Assembly (NCBI GenBank): GCA_052426225.1
Contig: JBNJNM010000012.1
Span: forward strand, 1,674,001-1,738,000
Direction of reading: 5' to 3'
Length of the DNA stretch: 64,000 bases
Origin: Zancudomyces culisetae HAW-14-8
Taxonomy: Eukaryota; Fungi; Kickxellomycota
In this document: positions 61,766 to 64,000 of the stretch, one piece after another
Numbering within the stretch: the stretch's first letter is position 1
Layout: each line of letters opens with the position of its first letter
Notes under the pieces: generated by a model
What the model was told of the DNA's origin: nothing
Database searches by the model: none
What the model saw: the letters and a program-made list of their open reading frames with translations, nothing else
Position numbers and translations under genes: made by a program

Positions 61766-64000
61766 ATGAGTATGCTGGGATTAAATACAATATTAAACAC
61801 TACAGCCATCTCTAGCAATTCTACTATTAGGCTTGGGTTTAGTGTTGTAAACAAATTAAATTCAAGATTAAACCCAAAATACAAATTTTGTAATTCCTCA
61901 ATTCCAAGTTCAAGAAGAGCATATATTTCACAATCAAATTGGCAAAAAGGAAATCACGATAAAAATACAAACAACAACAACAATAACAAAAGTAATAATA
62001 ATAACAACGATAACGATGAGGGTGATCATAATCGCAAATCTACCAACAAATATGTCGCCGGCTTTATATCACTAGGCTATGTTTACTTTACAAACCACGA
62101 AACCGGAAGCGAAGATCGGAATACCAACAAATCCAATCCGTCAATGCTTGACCTAACTGGCGTTGACCAATTATCGTACAATCAACTGCTTCTACCTACT
62201 AAACACAGCAGAAACACGACCACATCGAATCTTGATAACTACGTTTCTAGCAGAATTGATATTCTTCACAACTTGTATCTAAAAAAGAGGCGCAGGAGGA
62301 ATAACATAGACAAGGGCCAACAACAGTTATCGCTAGAAGATGGCTCTTCAACCGGGGATGTCTTTTCTGATACAAGCTCTTTTGGTTCTCTTAGTAGCAT
62401 CTACAAACTAATTATCGCTCCTGAAGCCAAACTATTAACGACCATTGTAGTTACGACTCTATGTTTATCAGCTGTAAATCTGTATATTCCAAAAGTCACT
62501 GGTGATTTAATAACAGTGATATCGTCAAAGTTGGCGGGAGTTGGCGATACAACAATGTCTGGGATGATTGACGAAATTCTACCACCGGCAAAAATGCTGG
62601 CTGGCTTATTTCTTGGAAATGGTCTACTGACTTTGGTAAATGTATACCTTCTTTCAGCATATGGCGAAAGAATATCGATTCGAACGAGATTGGAGTTATT
62701 TGACAATATTATGAACAGGAAAATGACATTTTTTGATCAAAAAAGCACGACTGAGCTTATAAGTAGGTTGACCAGCGAGGTAAACGAATTCAAATCACAG
62801 GCCAAACTAATTGTCGGACAGGGAATAAAAGCGGTAAGTATCACAGCTGGATCTGTTTACCAGCTGTTCAGAATATCAAACCGCCTAACTCTGTTTTTGA
62901 TCGGGAGTACCGGAGTTATGTACCTGAGTCTGTGGATATATGGCAAATTACTCATTGCAGCGCGTGAAAAATCAAAGCAAATCAACGAAATGATGCACTC
63001 TATAATTACCGAAGCAATTGAAAACAGTAGAGTAATCAAAGGGTTTGGAAACACATACATTGAATACGAACTGCTCAAACGCGCAGCAGAAGAAAACCAA
63101 CATCAAAATCTGGTGTTTGGATTCCATATGGGTGTCTTCCGCGCACTTAGTAACATAAGTGTTGGTGTTTTGATGATTAATGTGTTGTTATTTGGAGGAA
63201 GGCTGGTGATGAATGGCGAGATTAGTGGTGGGAATCTGATGAGCTATCTAATGAATGTTCAGAATACCGAAAGGGCGCTGGTTAGCATTGGCGAGTTATT
63301 GGGACAGTTTATCAAAATGAAGGGGAATGTAGGCAGAATTTCCGAGTTACTTGATGAAAAAGTGGACAGTGCTAACTGGACTGATCAAAGTAATTCTGAT
63401 AAGAACAATCGTGCTCATACAGTACCAAATAAAAATCTGACAAGCACTGGCTTAGAGATGAGCGTCGGGGCAAGTAATGGCGCTAGTAGTGCGCATACAG
63501 GCGAAAGAATGGAGTTTAATGATAGTATTAGGTTTGAAGATGTTTGGTTTAGCTATGCTACAAGGCCCGAGCACAAAGTCCTCAAGGGATTCAACTTGGA
63601 AATCAAAAAGGGAATGAGTATTGCATTATGTGGCAAGTCTGGTAGTGGAAAAACTACAATATCACAACTGATACAGCGTTTGTATACCCCCGATAGCGGT
63701 ACAATATATATTGACGATGTACCACTACAAGATATGGATCTGCAGACGTATAGGAACTCAATTTCGATTATTGAGCAAAACCCGGTTCTTTTTACAACAT
63801 CAGTTCTTGAAAACCTTCGGTATTCAAACCTGGACGCTAGCCACGATCAAGTCGTTGAAGCCTGCAGGATTGCCAACTGTCTTGAATTCATAGAGGGCGG
63901 GGCTCTGAGTAATGGATTCGACACAGTGATAACCAAGGATAGTTTGTCAGGTGGCCAGAAACAACGCATTGCTATTGCCAGAGCCATTCTGCGAAATCCC
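61766..64000 (+). CDS. Mitochondrial ABCB half-transporter (MDL1/MDL2/ABCB8/ABCB10-like), truncated by the window end
   Basis: Open frame from ATG 61766 with a presequence-like N-terminus (..SSRRAYISQS) and a TM domain (FFDQKSTTELISRLTSE). Walker A GKSGSGKT, Q-loop IEQNPVLF, signature LSGGQKQRIAIARAILRNP. Absent from the ORF track because the frame has no stop in the window. Confidence 0.93.
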   Translation, partial: MSMLGLNTILNTTAISSNSTIRLGFSVVNKLNSRLNPKYKFCNSSIPSSRRAYISQSNWQKGNHDKNTNNNNNNKSNNNNNDNDEGDHNRKSTNKYVAGFISLGYVYFTNHETGSEDRNTNKSNPSMLDLTGVDQLSYNQLLLPTKHSRNTTTSNLDNYVSSRIDILHNLYLKKRRRRNNIDKGQQQLSLEDGSSTGDVFSDTSSFGSLSSIYKLIIAPEAKLLTTIVVTTLCLSAVNLYIPKVTGDLITVISSKLAGVGDTTMSGMIDEILPPAKMLAGLFLGNGLLTLVNVYLLSAYGERISIRTRLELFDNIMNRKMTFFDQKSTTELISRLTSEVNEFKSQAKLIVGQGIKAVSITAGSVYQLFRISNRLTLFLIGSTGVMYLSLWIYGKLLIAAREKSKQINEMMHSIITEAIENSRVIKGFGNTYIEYELLKRAAEENQHQNLVFGFHMGVFRALSNISVGVLMINVLLFGGRLVMNGEISGGNLMSYLMNVQNTERALVSIGELLGQFIKMKGNVGRISELLDEKVDSANWTDQSNSDKNNRAHTVPNKNLTSTGLEMSVGASNGASSAHTGERMEFNDSIRFEDVWFSYATRPEHKVLKGFNLEIKKGMSIALCGKSGSGKTTISQLIQRLYTPDSGTIYIDDVPLQDMDLQTYRNSISIIEQNPVLFTTSVLENLRYSNLDASHDQVVEACRIANCLEFIEGGALSNGFDTVITKDSLSGGQKQRIAIARAILRNP

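Noticed and set aside
1-64000. Selenoprotein, stop read-through or alternative genetic code
   Set aside because: All reconstructed genes translate cleanly in the standard code. No in-frame TGA was required and no SECIS was recognised by eye.
1-64000. U12/AT-AC introns, tRNA, rRNA, CRISPR arrays, intact transposons
   Set aside because: All modelled introns are GT-AG. No such elements were recognised, though ncRNAs cannot be excluded without covariance searches.

Overview
Eukaryotic, AT-rich, intron-containing fungal nuclear DNA. Gene content and the many microsatellite-derived low-complexity tracts suggest an early-diverging fungus, possibly Harpellales/Zancudomyces-like (inference only). Manual splicing gives about 15 genes: UBA1, two Slm1-like BAR-PH paralogues, an F-box-like/ankyrin protein, V-ATPase subunit C, GlnRS, a divergent P450, a 2085-aa split-PH/Sec7 protein, an NSUN-type RNA m5C methyltransferase, a small secreted beta/gamma-crystallin-like protein, a tail-anchored orphan, GLE1, a 7-exon orphan, CSE1, and a mitochondrial ABCB half-transporter that runs off the window and is missed by the ORF track. 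The most striking feature is not a gene. Four centres (~4.2, ~22.75, ~37.5 and ~58.7 kb; 15-21 kb apart) lie inside long intron-free exons and are locally GC/CpG-rich. At each, the + strand flips from G/A-rich to C/T-rich, apparently regardless of gene orientation, and codon usage and amino-acid composition change mid-gene. This pattern would fit fixed replication origins or recombination hotspots. All compositional statements are by eye and exon boundaries were derived by hand.
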